NCBI GenBank assembly: GCA_031272445.1
Contig: JAISTT010000013.1
Coordinates: 25,875 to 89,874 of the forward strand
Length of the DNA: 64,000 nt
Direction: 5' to 3'
Origin: Candidatus Endomicrobiellum mastotermitis
Lineage (GTDB): Bacteria; Elusimicrobiota; Endomicrobiia; Endomicrobiales; Endomicrobiaceae
The notes below the pieces were generated by a model, which was not told the DNA's origin, ran no database searches, and worked only from the letters and a program-made list of their open reading frames with translations. Made by a program: the position numbers and the translations under genes. Of this stretch, positions 50,084 to 60,993 are shown piece after piece (positions within the stretch are counted from its first letter, which is position 1; every line of letters begins with the position of its first letter).

Positions 50084-51403
50084 ATGGAGCAAAAAGATCT
50101 GTTTTTGAGAGTTATGGACAAACAAAATAAACCTTTAGCTATAAGAATGTCACCGCGAAATTTTGAAGAATTCGTAGGGCAAGATGATATAGTAGGTGAT
50201 GGTAAACTTTTACGTAGATTAATAGAACATGATAATTTATGTTCTTCAATTTTTTTTGGACCACCTGGAACAGGTAAGAGTGCATTAGCCAAGATTATTG
50301 CTTCAAAAACAAAAGCTTATTTCAAACATGTAAATTCAGTGACGATTAGGGTAATGGATATAAAGAGAATGATGGAAGATGCAAAGTCAAAAATTGAAAT
50401 TTCTGGTAGAAAAACTATTCTTATACTTGATGAATTTCATCATTTTAATCGCTCGCAACAAGATGTATTACTTCCATATATTGAGAGAGGCATAATAACG
50501 TTAGTTGGCATAACAACTGAAAATCCACTTTTTTATATCAATGCTGCAATTATTTCAAGAAGTATAATTTTTGAGTTTAAATCTTTGCCGGAAAAAGCTC
50601 TTTTGTATATTTTAGATTCTGCTTTAAAAGATAAGGAAAATGGATTTGGAAATTTTAAAATTAAAATTTCAGGAGAAGTGAAAGAATATTTAATATTTAA
50701 TGCTTGTGGTGATGCCAGAAAACTTCTAAATGCTCTTGAAATAGGTGTGCTTTCAATAATTAATGATAATGAAGATTTAAAAGTCTTTGATTTAAATGTG
50801 GCTCAAGAATCGGTACAAAAGAGGACGATTTTATATAGTCGTTCTGGAGATACTCGCTATGATTATATTTCTGCATTTATTAAGGCAATGCGTGGAACTG
50901 ATCCAGATGCGACGATTTATTGGATGGCAAAGATGCTTGAAGCTGGAGAAGATCCTTATTTTATTATAAGAAGAATAATAATATGTGCTTCTGAAGACGT
51001 GGGTATTGCAGACCCTAGGGCTCTGATAATTGCTGTTTCCGCTTTAAATGCTATTAAATTTATTGGTATGCCTGAAGCAAGGATAGTTTTGGCTGAAGCT
51101 GCGATATATGTGGCTTCGGCCCCTAAGTCCAATGCTTCTTATGTAGCTATTGAACATGCTTTATCTGAGGTTAGAAATGGGAAAATTAGAAATGTTCCGA
51201 GTTGTTTAAAAAATTTAAGCCTTGATGGAAAAGAAATAAAGCGTGGGTATGAGTATAAATATCCTCATGATTATGAAGGACACTACGTACGACAAGATTA
51301 TTGGCCAGATCCTGTTGAACTTTACACACCGACACAAGAGGGATATGAAGGGAAAGTTTATGAACGATTACTTAGAATCAGAAAAAATAAAGATAAGGCG
51401 TAA
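50084..51403 (+). CDS. rarA: Replication-associated recombination protein A (AAA+ ATPase)
   Basis: PLA.RM.P, GPPGTGKS, DEFHHFN..QQD, TTENP, YD.ISAFIK..RG.DPDA, Y.YPHD. Confidence 0.95.
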   Translation: MEQKDLFLRVMDKQNKPLAIRMSPRNFEEFVGQDDIVGDGKLLRRLIEHDNLCSSIFFGPPGTGKSALAKIIASKTKAYFKHVNSVTIRVMDIKRMMEDAKSKIEISGRKTILILDEFHHFNRSQQDVLLPYIERGIITLVGITTENPLFYINAAIISRSIIFEFKSLPEKALLYILDSALKDKENGFGNFKIKISGEVKEYLIFNACGDARKLLNALEIGVLSIINDNEDLKVFDLNVAQESVQKRTILYSRSGDTRYDYISAFIKAMRGTDPDATIYWMAKMLEAGEDPYFIIRRIIICASEDVGIADPRALIIAVSALNAIKFIGMPEARIVLAEAAIYVASAPKSNASYVAIEHALSEVRNGKIRNVPSCLKNLSLDGKEIKRGYEYKYPHDYEGHYVRQDYWPDPVELYTPTQEGYEGKVYERLLRIRKNKDKA

Positions 51404-51944
51404 GTTTTTAAAGCTAAGAAATAGGACAAATCCTGTTTTGATAGCATCTTATAGCGTTAATATTTTTACAAAAGTTAGAGAACTTTCTATATATAAAAAA
51501 GCGAAAGTTGTAATGTTTTATTTGTCTTGTGGTTCTGAGGTTTTTACTGATTTTATGATAAATTTTGCATTTGATGAAGGAAAAACAGTTGTTGTTCCTG
51601 CAATAAAAACTTCTCAAGATATAAAAATGTATGCTGTAAAAATTCTTAAACTTGAGGATGCTTGCTATTTGGTTTATAGTATAAGACAGCCTGAGATGAG
51701 TTCTAAAAATATTATTGAAAAAGATAGGATAGATCTATTTTTTGTTCCCGCTATTGTCTTTAACACAGAAGGATATAGGGCAGGTTATGGTAAAGGTTAC
51801 TATGATAGATGGCTTAAGAATGTGCCGTTTGATAGAACTGTAGGGTTAGCTTATGATTTTCAGATTGCAGATAAAATTCCAGTAAGAGAATATGATATTC
51901 CAGTTAGTGTTATTGTTACTGAGAAGAGAGTCATTAAAGTTTAA
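51360..51944 (+). CDS. 5-formyltetrahydrofolate cyclo-ligase
   Basis: EK..IR, EV.T, IRQP, FVPAIVF...[13 protein letters not shown]; ATG 51360 preferred over 51243. Confidence 0.92.
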   Translation: MNDYLESEKIKIRRKFLKLRNRTNPVLIASYSVNIFTKVRELSIYKKAKVVMFYLSCGSEVFTDFMINFAFDEGKTVVVPAIKTSQDIKMYAVKILKLEDACYLVYSIRQPEMSSKNIIEKDRIDLFFVPAIVFNTEGYRAGYGKGYYDRWLKNVPFDRTVGLAYDFQIADKIPVREYDIPVSVIVTEKRVIKV

Positions 51945-51963
51945 AAAAATAAGGAGCGGAAAG

Positions 51964-53520
51964 ATGGGGAATATAGTGGTGATTATTATAGCCGCTTTTG
52001 TAGCTTTGATTATTGGGTATATTTTACGATTTACTTATGCAAAGTTAAGTGCTAAATCAATAGAACAAACTTCGGAGAGAATTATAAAAGAAGCTAAGTT
52101 AATAGCAGAAACAAAGTCAAAAGAAGTTCTTTTAGAGGCTAAGTTAATAGTTGATAAGGAGCGGAAAGAATTTGAGCAAGAAATGAAGGAGAAAAGGCGG
52201 TCTATTCAGAATATGGAAAATAGATTGAATCAACGTGAGGAAAATTTAGACCGTAAGACTGATACAATTGATAGGAGAGAGAAAGACTTAATGATAAAAG
52301 AAAAAAATTTTTCTTTAAAAGAACAATCTCTTTCTATGAAGTTTTTAGAAATTGATAAAATAAAAGAAGAACAAAAAAAAGTTCTTGAAAAAATTTCAGA
52401 AATAACAAGAGATGAGGCAAAAAAAATTCTTATAAGTGAAATGGAGGAGGAAGCTAAGCAGGATGCAGCAGTAGTTTTACAAAAACTTGAACAAGAAACA
52501 CGAGAGAGTGCTGATAAAAAGTCAAAAGAAATTCTTTCTGTTGCAATACAACGGGTCGCTGCGGATCATACAGTGGATATTACTACATCGACTGTTCAAA
52601 TTCCAAATGATGAAATAAAAGGAAGAGTTATAGGAAGGGAAGGTAGAAACATAAGAGCTTTTGAACACGTGACTGGTGTTGATTTGATAGTCGACGATAC
52701 TCCGGAAACAATAACTATTTCGGCGTTTGATGGTGTTAGGAGGCAAATAGCAAAAATTGCTTTAGAAAGATTAATTGCCGATGGTAGAATTCATCCTGCA
52801 AGGATTGAAGAGGTTGTTGGAAGGGTAAAAAAAGAAATAAATCAACACATCAAAGAGATTGGAGAGCAAGCTGCAATAGATGCTGGTATTCCTGGACTCA
52901 ATTTCGAGGTTATTAAATTACTTGGAAAATTAAAATATAGAACTTCATACGGACAAAATCAACTTCAGCATACATTGGAAGTTGTATGGCTTGCAGGGTC
53001 TATAGCTGGTGAACTAGGGCTTGATGTAATGTTTTGTAAAAAAGCAGCATTACTTCATGATATAGGTAAAGCTGTTGATCATGAAGTTGAAGGTACTCAT
53101 CATCAAATTTCAGCTGATATAGCTAAAAAATGTGGTGAATCTGCAAAAATGGTGAATGCAATTTTGTCGCACCATGAAGGTTTTGAGACTCCAATGAGTC
53201 CTGAAGCCTTTATTATAGGTGCTGCGGATGTAATTTCAGCTGCAAGACCAGGTGCAAGGAGAGAGTCAGTAGAACACTATCTCAAGCGTCTAGAGAAACT
53301 TGAAAAAATTGCAAAAGATTTTAAAGGCGTCTCAATGGCTTATGCAATACAAGCTGGGAGAGAAGTGAGAATACTTGTGGAGTCTGAATATGTTGATGAT
53401 AAACAGGTACAGCTTTTAGCGCATGATATAGCTAAAAAAGTGGAACAGGAGTTGGAATATCCAGGACAGATTAAAATTACTGTAATTCGTGAGATTAGAG
53501 CGCAGGTTTTGGCGAAATGA
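51964..53520 (+). CDS. rny: Ribonuclease Y
   Basis: N-terminal TM, coiled coil, KH ([13 protein letters not shown]), HD (LLHDIGK); AAGGAG SD before ATG 51964. Confidence 0.97.
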   Translation: MGNIVVIIIAAFVALIIGYILRFTYAKLSAKSIEQTSERIIKEAKLIAETKSKEVLLEAKLIVDKERKEFEQEMKEKRRSIQNMENRLNQREENLDRKTDTIDRREKDLMIKEKNFSLKEQSLSMKFLEIDKIKEEQKKVLEKISEITRDEAKKILISEMEEEAKQDAAVVLQKLEQETRESADKKSKEILSVAIQRVAADHTVDITTSTVQIPNDEIKGRVIGREGRNIRAFEHVTGVDLIVDDTPETITISAFDGVRRQIAKIALERLIADGRIHPARIEEVVGRVKKEINQHIKEIGEQAAIDAGIPGLNFEVIKLLGKLKYRTSYGQNQLQHTLEVVWLAGSIAGELGLDVMFCKKAALLHDIGKAVDHEVEGTHHQISADIAKKCGESAKMVNAILSHHEGFETPMSPEAFIIGAADVISAARPGARRESVEHYLKRLEKLEKIAKDFKGVSMAYAIQAGREVRILVESEYVDDKQVQLLAHDIAKKVEQELEYPGQIKITVIREIRAQVLAK

Positions 53521-53625
53521 ACTTAAATTGTAAATTTGCTCTTATAAGAAGTAAATAGATTGTGGAGTGTTTTTATATTTTGTGTTTGTTACTTTATATT
53601 CCTCTGAACAGTAAAGGATGTATGA

Positions 53626-54870
53626 ATGTTGTTAAAATATGTAGGATCTGGCTTTAAAAGTGATAGTAGTGAGCGGCGTCCATTAATATATACTGTTACA
53701 CAGATTACTAATGAGATAAAGATCATTCTTGAGAATTCTTATCCTATTGTTTGTGTAACAGGTGCTCTTTCTAATTTTAAGCTCCTTAATTCTGGTCATA
53801 TGTATTTCAGTATTGTAGATGCGAATGCACAGCTAAAAGCGGTAATGTTTAAGAATTCAAGTATTAGCTTACCTTTTACCCCAGAAGATGGTATGAAGGT
53901 TTTAATTTGCGGTAAGTTAAGTTCTTATGTTAAGTATGGCGGTTATCAAATTGTTGTAAATCATATGAAACAGTGTGGTAAAGGTGAGTTTTATGAAGCC
54001 TATGTGAAATTAAAAGAGAAGTTGAAAGTAGAAGGTATTTTTAGTGAGAGTTTTAAGAAACCTATACCAACTATTGTAAATAAAATAGGAATTGTTACTT
54101 CACAAGATGGTGCGGCATTGTTTGATATTTTGAAGGTAATAGATAATTTAAATGCTAATATAGAAGTTTTAATATGTCCTTGTAAAGTTCAGGGGAAAGA
54201 AGCCGAAAATGAAATTTCAAAAGCAATAAGATATCTAAATTGTCATCATAAAAATTTAGATGTTTTACTTGTAGGCAGAGGTGGTGGTTCAATAGAAAAT
54301 TTATGGGCCTTCAACACGGAGTGTGTAGCAAGGGCAATTTTTGACTCAAAGATTCCTATAGTTTCATGTGTAGGACATGAGACAGATTTTACAATAACAG
54401 ATATTGTTGCTGATGTAAGAGCTCCTACCCCATCTGCAGCAGCTGAGATAGTTTTAAGGAGTAGAAATAACATAAAAAGTCGCATAGAATTCTTGCAAAA
54501 ATCTCTTAATAATACAATAAGTTTTACATTAAATTATTATATTGAAAGATTTTATAGATTTGTATCGACAAAAGTATTAACCGATCCGTGTTTAATATAT
54601 GAAAATAAAGCGTTTTATCTAAGTGAATTAAGTATTCGTCTTTTAAAAAGTATTGATAAAGTAATCAAATCAAAATCTGATAAGTTAAAAGAGATTTATC
54701 ATAAATTGGATATTTTATATCCCTTGTCTATTTTAAAGAGAGGATTTTCAATTTGTTATGACAGTAAAAATAAAATCGTTAAGAATTCAAAGAGTGTTAG
54801 CGTTGGCGACAGTATTAAAATAAAATTTGCTTCAGGTATTTTAAGTGCTGAGGTGAAAAACCATGAATAA
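53626..54870 (+). CDS. xseA: Exodeoxyribonuclease VII large subunit
   Basis: SGHMYF, RGGGSIE.LWAFN, VGHETD, RAPTPSAAAE. Confidence 0.96.
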   Translation: MLLKYVGSGFKSDSSERRPLIYTVTQITNEIKIILENSYPIVCVTGALSNFKLLNSGHMYFSIVDANAQLKAVMFKNSSISLPFTPEDGMKVLICGKLSSYVKYGGYQIVVNHMKQCGKGEFYEAYVKLKEKLKVEGIFSESFKKPIPTIVNKIGIVTSQDGAALFDILKVIDNLNANIEVLICPCKVQGKEAENEISKAIRYLNCHHKNLDVLLVGRGGGSIENLWAFNTECVARAIFDSKIPIVSCVGHETDFTITDIVADVRAPTPSAAAEIVLRSRNNIKSRIEFLQKSLNNTISFTLNYYIERFYRFVSTKVLTDPCLIYENKAFYLSELSIRLLKSIDKVIKSKSDKLKEIYHKLDILYPLSILKRGFSICYDSKNKIVKNSKSVSVGDSIKIKFASGILSAEVKNHE

Positions 54871-55099
54871 AAAACGATTAAACTTTGAAAAATCTTTGGA
54901 GAGACTTGAGGCTATAGTTTCTGAAATGGAAAAAGCTAATCTTGATTTAGATAGAAGTTTGGCTTTGTTTGTGGAAGGAAATAAACTTGTAAAATTGTGT
55001 TTGGAAAAGTTAAGTGAGACAAAGAAAAAAATTAAAATTATAACTTCCTCTGGGAAAGTAGAATCTTTTAAGGAACAAGATTTTGAAGAAAAGTTTTGA
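54863..55099 (+). CDS. xseB: Exodeoxyribonuclease VII small subunit
   Basis: FEKSLERLE.IV..ME, L.L..SL.LF.EG..L...C. Confidence 0.93.
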   Translation: MNKKRLNFEKSLERLEAIVSEMEKANLDLDRSLALFVEGNKLVKLCLEKLSETKKKIKIITSSGKVESFKEQDFEEKF

Positions 55100-55979
55100 A
55101 TTCAAAAAATATCTATCTAAAAGAATTGAATATGTGAATTTGGTATTAGAAAAAATTTTACCTAAGGATAATTCAACTATTTCAAAAGGTATGCGCTATA
55201 GTGTTTTAGCTGGTGGAAAAAGATTGCGACCAATACTTGTTATTTTAGCAGCTGAATTTTTTGGAGCAAAGGCAAGAGATGTTATTTATGCAGCTTGTGC
55301 TGTTGAATATATGCATACTTATTCTTTAGTTCATGATGACTTGCCAGCTATGGATAATGATGATTTACGTAGAGGAGTTCTTACAAATCATAAGAAATTT
55401 GGTGAAGCTTCCGCTATTTTATGTGGCGATGCATTACTTACGGAATCTTTTAATCTTATAACAAAATCAAAATGTAGTGAGAAGAATATAAATGAAGCCA
55501 TAAAGGTACTTGCAAATTATGCTGGTTATAAGGGGATGATTGCTGGGCAAGTAGAAGATACTATTCAAACTGGGGTATGGAATAGTGAAAATAAGGTTTT
55601 GTTAAAAGAAAAATTAAAGTTTATTCATATTCAAAAAACAGCAGCATTAATGATTGCAAGTTTAAAAATAGGAGCGATTTTGATAGGTGCAGATAAAGGA
55701 AGTTTGAAAGTATTTGAAAATTATGGGAAGAATATGGGTATAGCTTTTCAAATAACTGATGATATTCTAGATGTATATGCCGATAAGAAGTTATTAGGAA
55801 AGAAAGGCAGTGATATAAAGAATAATAAGCTTACGACCCTCTCTTTATATACAAAGCAAGAAGCTGAAAAGAAAATAGAAGAGTACATGAAAAAAGCTAA
55901 AAAAACAATAGCGGTGTTTGGAGATAAATCTGAAATATTTGTTAAATTGGCAGATTATATTACAAGTAGGACATACTAG
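55083..55979 (+). CDS. ispA: Farnesyl/geranylgeranyl diphosphate synthase
   Basis: GGKRLRP, SLVHDDLPAMDNDDLRRG, GQ, KT, FQITDDILD. Confidence 0.94.
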   Translation: MKKSFEFKKYLSKRIEYVNLVLEKILPKDNSTISKGMRYSVLAGGKRLRPILVILAAEFFGAKARDVIYAACAVEYMHTYSLVHDDLPAMDNDDLRRGVLTNHKKFGEASAILCGDALLTESFNLITKSKCSEKNINEAIKVLANYAGYKGMIAGQVEDTIQTGVWNSENKVLLKEKLKFIHIQKTAALMIASLKIGAILIGADKGSLKVFENYGKNMGIAFQITDDILDVYADKKLLGKKGSDIKNNKLTTLSLYTKQEAEKKIEEYMKKAKKTIAVFGDKSEIFVKLADYITSRTY

Positions 55980-56067
55980 TGATAACATTTGTACTGTTGT
56001 TTAGTTTTACTTTAAAAAAGAAAGTTAAAAATTTTATTAGATTAATGTTTGTAAAGGTAGTTAACTA

Positions 56068-57912
56068 GTGAGGATATTGGACAGTATAAATAATCCTCAA
56101 GATTTAAAGAAATTGAATAAAGAAGTTTTGACTGATATTGCAGGAGAGATAAGAAAGGAAATAATAAATACTGTCTCAAAAAATGGTGGACATTTGGCTT
56201 CAAATCTAGGTGTTGTTGAGTTAACTGTCTCGATTCACTATGTATTTAGTTCTCCTCATGATAAAATAATATGGGATGTAGGACATCAGTCTTATGCACA
56301 TAAAATTATTACAGGAAGAAGGAGTAAATTTAGTACGATAAGAATGCATGGTGGATTAAGTGGATTCCCTAAGATGTCAGAGTCAGAATATGATGCTTTT
56401 GGTGTAGGACATTCATCGACTTCAATTTCTGCTGCATTAGGATTTGCTGTTGCGAGAGATTTAAAAAAAGAGAATTATAAAATAGTAGCCATTATTGGTG
56501 ATGGTTCTATGACTGGGGGACTTGCTTTTGAAGGGTTACAGAACGCTGGACACTTGAAAAAGGATATGCTTGTCATATTAAATGACAATGAAATGTTTAT
56601 TTCCAAAAAAGTTGGTGCTATTGCTGGATATTTTGCAAAGCTTTTAACTGCTGGTATGGCGAGGAAGTTTGAAAGGAAAGTTATGGAAACTGTAAGCAGA
56701 TTCCATAGTTTGGGTTCACCATTTTGGAAATTTATAAAGAGGGTGAAAGTTATGCTTTTCCCTGGCATGCTTTTTGAAGAAATGGGATTTACATACGTAG
56801 GTCCTGTTCAGGGTCATGATATAAATAACCTTATTGCAATTTTTGAAAATCTTAAAGATATGAGTGGTCCAGTACTATTACATGTGATTACAAAGAAAGG
56901 TAAGGGATATATTCCTGCGGAAGAAGATCCCGTGAAGTTTCACGGTATTGGTAAATTTAGTATTGAGACTGGTAAGATAGTAGAAAATAAAACTGTCACT
57001 TATACGAAAGTTTTTTCTGATACTCTTACAAAACTAGCTCAATTTGACAATAAAATAGTTGCAATAACGGCAGCTATGCCTGATGGGACAGGTCTTGACA
57101 AGTTTGCAAAAAAATTTCCCTCTAGATATTTTGATGTAGGTATTGCTGAGGGGCACGCTGTTACATTTGCAGCAGCTATGGCGGCAGGTGGGATGCATCC
57201 AGTATGTGCAATATATTCTACTTTTATGCAGAGAGCAATCGATAATATTATACATGATGTTGCTTTACAAAATCTCCCAGTTGTTTTTGCTTTAGATAGA
57301 GCGGGACTTGTTGGAGAAGATGGAGGTACACATCATGGGTCATTTGATTTGTCCTATTTAAATTATATTCCGAATGTTATTATTATGGCTCCGTCCAATG
57401 AAAATGAACTGCAACATATGCTTAAAACGGCGCTAGATTCAAATAGTCCATGCATAATAAGATATCCAAAAGGTTATGGCACGGGTATTGCATTGGATAG
57501 AGTGCCTAATGTGTTACAAATAGGGAAAGCCAGAATTTTAAGATATGGAGTCGATATATGTTTTCTTGCGATTGGTAATCATGTTGAAACATGTTTGAAA
57601 GCTGCAGATTTACTTGTGAAAACTAATATAAATGCTTTTGTTGTTGATATGAGATTTTTGAAACCTCTTGATATTGACACTATAAGAGAAAAAATTCTTG
57701 TTAGGACAAGAAAATTTATCACTATTGAAGAAAATGCTTTGATAGGAGGATTTGGTGAAAGCATAAAAGCTTTTCTGTGCAATGAAGGAGCTATTGTTAA
57801 ATGTATAGGTCTTCCGGATAGATTTATAGAACATGGAGATTTGAGAGCTTTAAGAAAAAAATATGGTCTTACTCCAGAAAATTTGATAAAAGAAACTCTG
57901 AGAATGTTTTAA
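56068..57912 (+). CDS. dxs: 1-deoxy-D-xylulose-5-phosphate synthase
   Basis: GGHLASNLG, WDVGHQ, GDGSMTGG, IAEGHA, DRAGLVGEDG.TH. Confidence 0.97.
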   Translation: MRILDSINNPQDLKKLNKEVLTDIAGEIRKEIINTVSKNGGHLASNLGVVELTVSIHYVFSSPHDKIIWDVGHQSYAHKIITGRRSKFSTIRMHGGLSGFPKMSESEYDAFGVGHSSTSISAALGFAVARDLKKENYKIVAIIGDGSMTGGLAFEGLQNAGHLKKDMLVILNDNEMFISKKVGAIAGYFAKLLTAGMARKFERKVMETVSRFHSLGSPFWKFIKRVKVMLFPGMLFEEMGFTYVGPVQGHDINNLIAIFENLKDMSGPVLLHVITKKGKGYIPAEEDPVKFHGIGKFSIETGKIVENKTVTYTKVFSDTLTKLAQFDNKIVAITAAMPDGTGLDKFAKKFPSRYFDVGIAEGHAVTFAAAMAAGGMHPVCAIYSTFMQRAIDNIIHDVALQNLPVVFALDRAGLVGEDGGTHHGSFDLSYLNYIPNVIIMAPSNENELQHMLKTALDSNSPCIIRYPKGYGTGIALDRVPNVLQIGKARILRYGVDICFLAIGNHVETCLKAADLLVKTNINAFVVDMRFLKPLDIDTIREKILVRTRKFITIEENALIGGFGESIKAFLCNEGAIVKCIGLPDRFIEHGDLRALRKKYGLTPENLIKETLRMF

Positions 57913-58036
57913 CTTTAGCTTTCTAATTCATAGTTGATTGTTCTCGTTATTGAACAAATATATTTGAAAATGAAATGTGTAAATATGACGTTATAAAAGT
58001 TTGAAGTTAAATTTTTTTGTTGGAGTAATAAAATAA

Positions 58037-60481
58037 ATGGTGAGTTATAATCATGTTGAAATAGAAAGTAAATGGCAGAAAAGGTGGGAACTAGATAGAA
58101 TTTTTTCGAGTGATATACAATATAACAAAAAAAAATACTATTGCTTAGTTATGCTTCCTTATCCATCAGGTAGTTTACATATGGGACATGTTAGAAATTA
58201 TGTTATAGGAGATGTTTTTGCGCGTTTTAATAGAATGAAAGGGAAGAATGTTTTACATACAATTGGTTGGGATGCTTTTGGACTTCCTGCTGAAAATGCA
58301 GCTATAAAAAATGGAATTCATCCTTCAAAATGGACACAACAGAATATCTTACATATGAAAGGACAGCTTAAACCTCTTGGTATTTCTTACGATTGGGATA
58401 GGGAAATTGCTACATGTGATCCTGCATATTATAAATGGAATCAATGGTTTTTCATAAAAATGTGGGAAAAGGGTTTAGCTTTTAGAAAAAGTGCTAGTGT
58501 TAATTGGTGTTCATCATGCAATACAGTTCTTGCAAATGAACAAGTTTTAAATGGATTGTGCTGGAGATGTAATGGCTATACAGAACATAAGAATTTGGAA
58601 CAGTGGTTTATAAAAATTACAGATTATGCTACTGAACTTTTAGAGGGGCATAAACAGCTTTTTGGATGGTCCGAGCAGGTTTTATCAATGCAGAAAAATT
58701 GGATAGGAAAATCTTTTGGCTTGGAGATTTATTTTGCATTAAAAAAAGGAACTAATAGTGGATTAAAAATATTTACCACTAGACCAGATACGCTTTTTGG
58801 TGTAACTTTTATAGTTGTATCGCCAGAGCATACGATTATTAATGAATTGAAATCTGAAATTACAAATTATAATGAAGTTTTGAAGTATGTAATTGTAAGT
58901 CAGAGAAAATCAAACATTGAAAAATCTTCAAATAAAGAAAAGACTGGTATAAAACTTGAGGGAATTAGTGCGATAAATCCTGCTACTAAAAAAGAAATTC
59001 CGATTTTTGTTGCTGACTATGTTTTGAAAGATTATGGTACTGGTGCAGTAATGGCAGTACCAGCTCATGACCAGAGGGACTGGGAATTTGCGAAGAAGTA
59101 TAATATATCTATAGTTGAAGTAATAAAAGGCAACAGTTGTAAGTTTGAGATCAAATCTGCTTATGAGGGAGATGGAATACTTATAAATTCAGGGCAATTT
59201 AATGGGTTAAGATCTATTGAAGCATTTAATTTTATTTCGGAGTGGATTGAAAAGCAAAATTATGGTAAGAAGATAGTAAATTTTAAACTTAAAGATTGGC
59301 TTATATCAAGACAAAGGTATTGGGGAACTCCTATACCTATGATTTATTGTAGAGTTTGTGGTATTATTCCTGTTCCTGAGAAAGATTTGCCGATACTTCT
59401 TCCTGAAGATGTTGAATTTACAGGAGCGAAAGAATCTCCACTGAAATTGAATGAGGATTTTATTAATGTAAAGTGTCATAAGTGTGGTATGGATGCTAAA
59501 AGAGAAACTGATACGATGGATACTTTTGTAGATTCTTCATGGTATTATGCAAGATATTGTGATGCTCACAATGATAATATGGCTTTTGACAGTGTAAAAG
59601 TGAATTATTGGATGCCTGTAGATCAATATGTTGGTGGTATAGAACATGCTTGCATGCATTTGATATATTCAAGATTCTGGTATAAATTTATGAAAGATTT
59701 AGGTATCGTAAAATATGACGAACCGTTTAAAAATCTTTTGACTCAAGGTATGGTTACTTTGAGTGGTAGTGCTATGTCTAAGTCAAAGGGTAATATTGTT
59801 ACTCCAGATGAAATGATTGAAAAATATGGTGCAGATACAGTAAGACTTTTTATTCTTTTTGCTGCTCCACCGCAAAAACAACTTGATTGGTCTGTAGAAG
59901 GTCTTGAAGGATGTCGGAGGTTTATAAATAGGATATGGCGTCTTTATGACATAGTTCATGTAAAGGCTGAAACTCCTGCATCTGAAAAAGACAAAGCGAA
60001 TATTCTGAGAATAATGCACCAAACAATTAAAAAAGTTACTAATGATATTGAGAAAGAATTTCAATTTAATACTGCCATTTCTTGTGTTATGGAGTTTGTA
60101 AATGTCTTGTATGCTTATAAGCATCATTTGAATGATGATGGAGTATCTATTGAAGCGTATAAAAACGTTGTGCTTATGATGGCACCATTTGTGCCTCATC
60201 TTTGTGAGGAAATATGGAAAATGTTAGGGTATAAGGAATATGTGTCGGAGTGTTCTTGGCCTGTTTTTAAAGAAAGTTTCATAAAAAAGTCTTATATTGA
60301 ACTTCCAGTGCAAATAAATGGAAAGTTAAGAGGAAAAATAGTTGTTCATGCAGAAGCTAGTGAAAATAAGATTAGAGAAATTGTAGAGAGAGATGAAAGA
60401 ATTGCAAAATATTTAGAAAATAAAAAAATATTGAAGTTTATTTATGTTAAAAGTAAGATAATCACTGTAGTTATTGGATAA
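58037..60481 (+). CDS. leuS: Leucyl-tRNA synthetase
   Basis: PYPSGSLHMGH, FTTRPDT, GTGAVMAVPAHDQRD, SRQRYWG, AMSKS. Confidence 0.98.
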   Translation: MVSYNHVEIESKWQKRWELDRIFSSDIQYNKKKYYCLVMLPYPSGSLHMGHVRNYVIGDVFARFNRMKGKNVLHTIGWDAFGLPAENAAIKNGIHPSKWTQQNILHMKGQLKPLGISYDWDREIATCDPAYYKWNQWFFIKMWEKGLAFRKSASVNWCSSCNTVLANEQVLNGLCWRCNGYTEHKNLEQWFIKITDYATELLEGHKQLFGWSEQVLSMQKNWIGKSFGLEIYFALKKGTNSGLKIFTTRPDTLFGVTFIVVSPEHTIINELKSEITNYNEVLKYVIVSQRKSNIEKSSNKEKTGIKLEGISAINPATKKEIPIFVADYVLKDYGTGAVMAVPAHDQRDWEFAKKYNISIVEVIKGNSCKFEIKSAYEGDGILINSGQFNGLRSIEAFNFISEWIEKQNYGKKIVNFKLKDWLISRQRYWGTPIPMIYCRVCGIIPVPEKDLPILLPEDVEFTGAKESPLKLNEDFINVKCHKCGMDAKRETDTMDTFVDSSWYYARYCDAHNDNMAFDSVKVNYWMPVDQYVGGIEHACMHLIYSRFWYKFMKDLGIVKYDEPFKNLLTQGMVTLSGSAMSKSKGNIVTPDEMIEKYGADTVRLFILFAAPPQKQLDWSVEGLEGCRRFINRIWRLYDIVHVKAETPASEKDKANILRIMHQTIKKVTNDIEKEFQFNTAISCVMEFVNVLYAYKHHLNDDGVSIEAYKNVVLMMAPFVPHLCEEIWKMLGYKEYVSECSWPVFKESFIKKSYIELPVQINGKLRGKIVVHAEASENKIREIVERDERIAKYLENKKILKFIYVKSKIITVVIG

Positions 60482-60987
60482 TGTTTGGAATTATGCAAAA
60501 AATTATAATAACTTTTTTAATTCTTTTATCATTTTTTTTGTCTTGTAGTCCAATTGTAATGGTCTTGCCAAAGGATGTTAAGAAAGTATATGTTGAACCG
60601 GTTAATAATGCTACAAGTGAGATTGGTCTTGAGGTTGAATTTACAAATGCTATTGTAGAGGAAATGTTGAAAGATGGTCGTGCACATCCTGTAAACACTC
60701 CAGAAGAATCAGATGGGATTTTAAATGCTGTAATCGAACGATATATTGTACGTAGAATGTTTACTTTTGGCGATGATGACAGTCGTCTCTACTATCAAGA
60801 TCAATATGAAATTATAATTGTAGTAAGTGTTTCGTTTATTGATAAAAATAAAAGTGTTGTTTTATGGACTAAGCCAAATATGAAAGGGATACAAATAGAT
60901 TACATGACAAATTTGAAGAGCGTTAGAGATAATATCTGGGAAAAGTTTTCAAGAGATATTATAAGGCGAATAGTTAAAGTAGTTTAA
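60481..60987 (+). CDS. LptE-like outer-membrane lipoprotein
   Basis: Signal peptide with lipobox FLSC, LP....VYVEPV.N; leuS-lptE-holA synteny. Confidence 0.75.
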   Translation: MFGIMQKIIITFLILLSFFLSCSPIVMVLPKDVKKVYVEPVNNATSEIGLEVEFTNAIVEEMLKDGRAHPVNTPEESDGILNAVIERYIVRRMFTFGDDDSRLYYQDQYEIIIVVSVSFIDKNKSVVLWTKPNMKGIQIDYMTNLKSVRDNIWEKFSRDIIRRIVKVV

Positions 60988-60993
60988 TTGTTT

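Noticed and set aside
53517-53558. 13-aa ORF ([13 protein letters not shown]) coupled to the rny stop, where ymdB often lies
   Set aside because: Too short to show homology to YmdB; cannot be supported as a deletion scar without comparative data.
59760-59795. LeuRS KMSKS motif reads AMSKS
   Set aside because: The first position is variable in LeuRS and the catalytic second Lys is retained.
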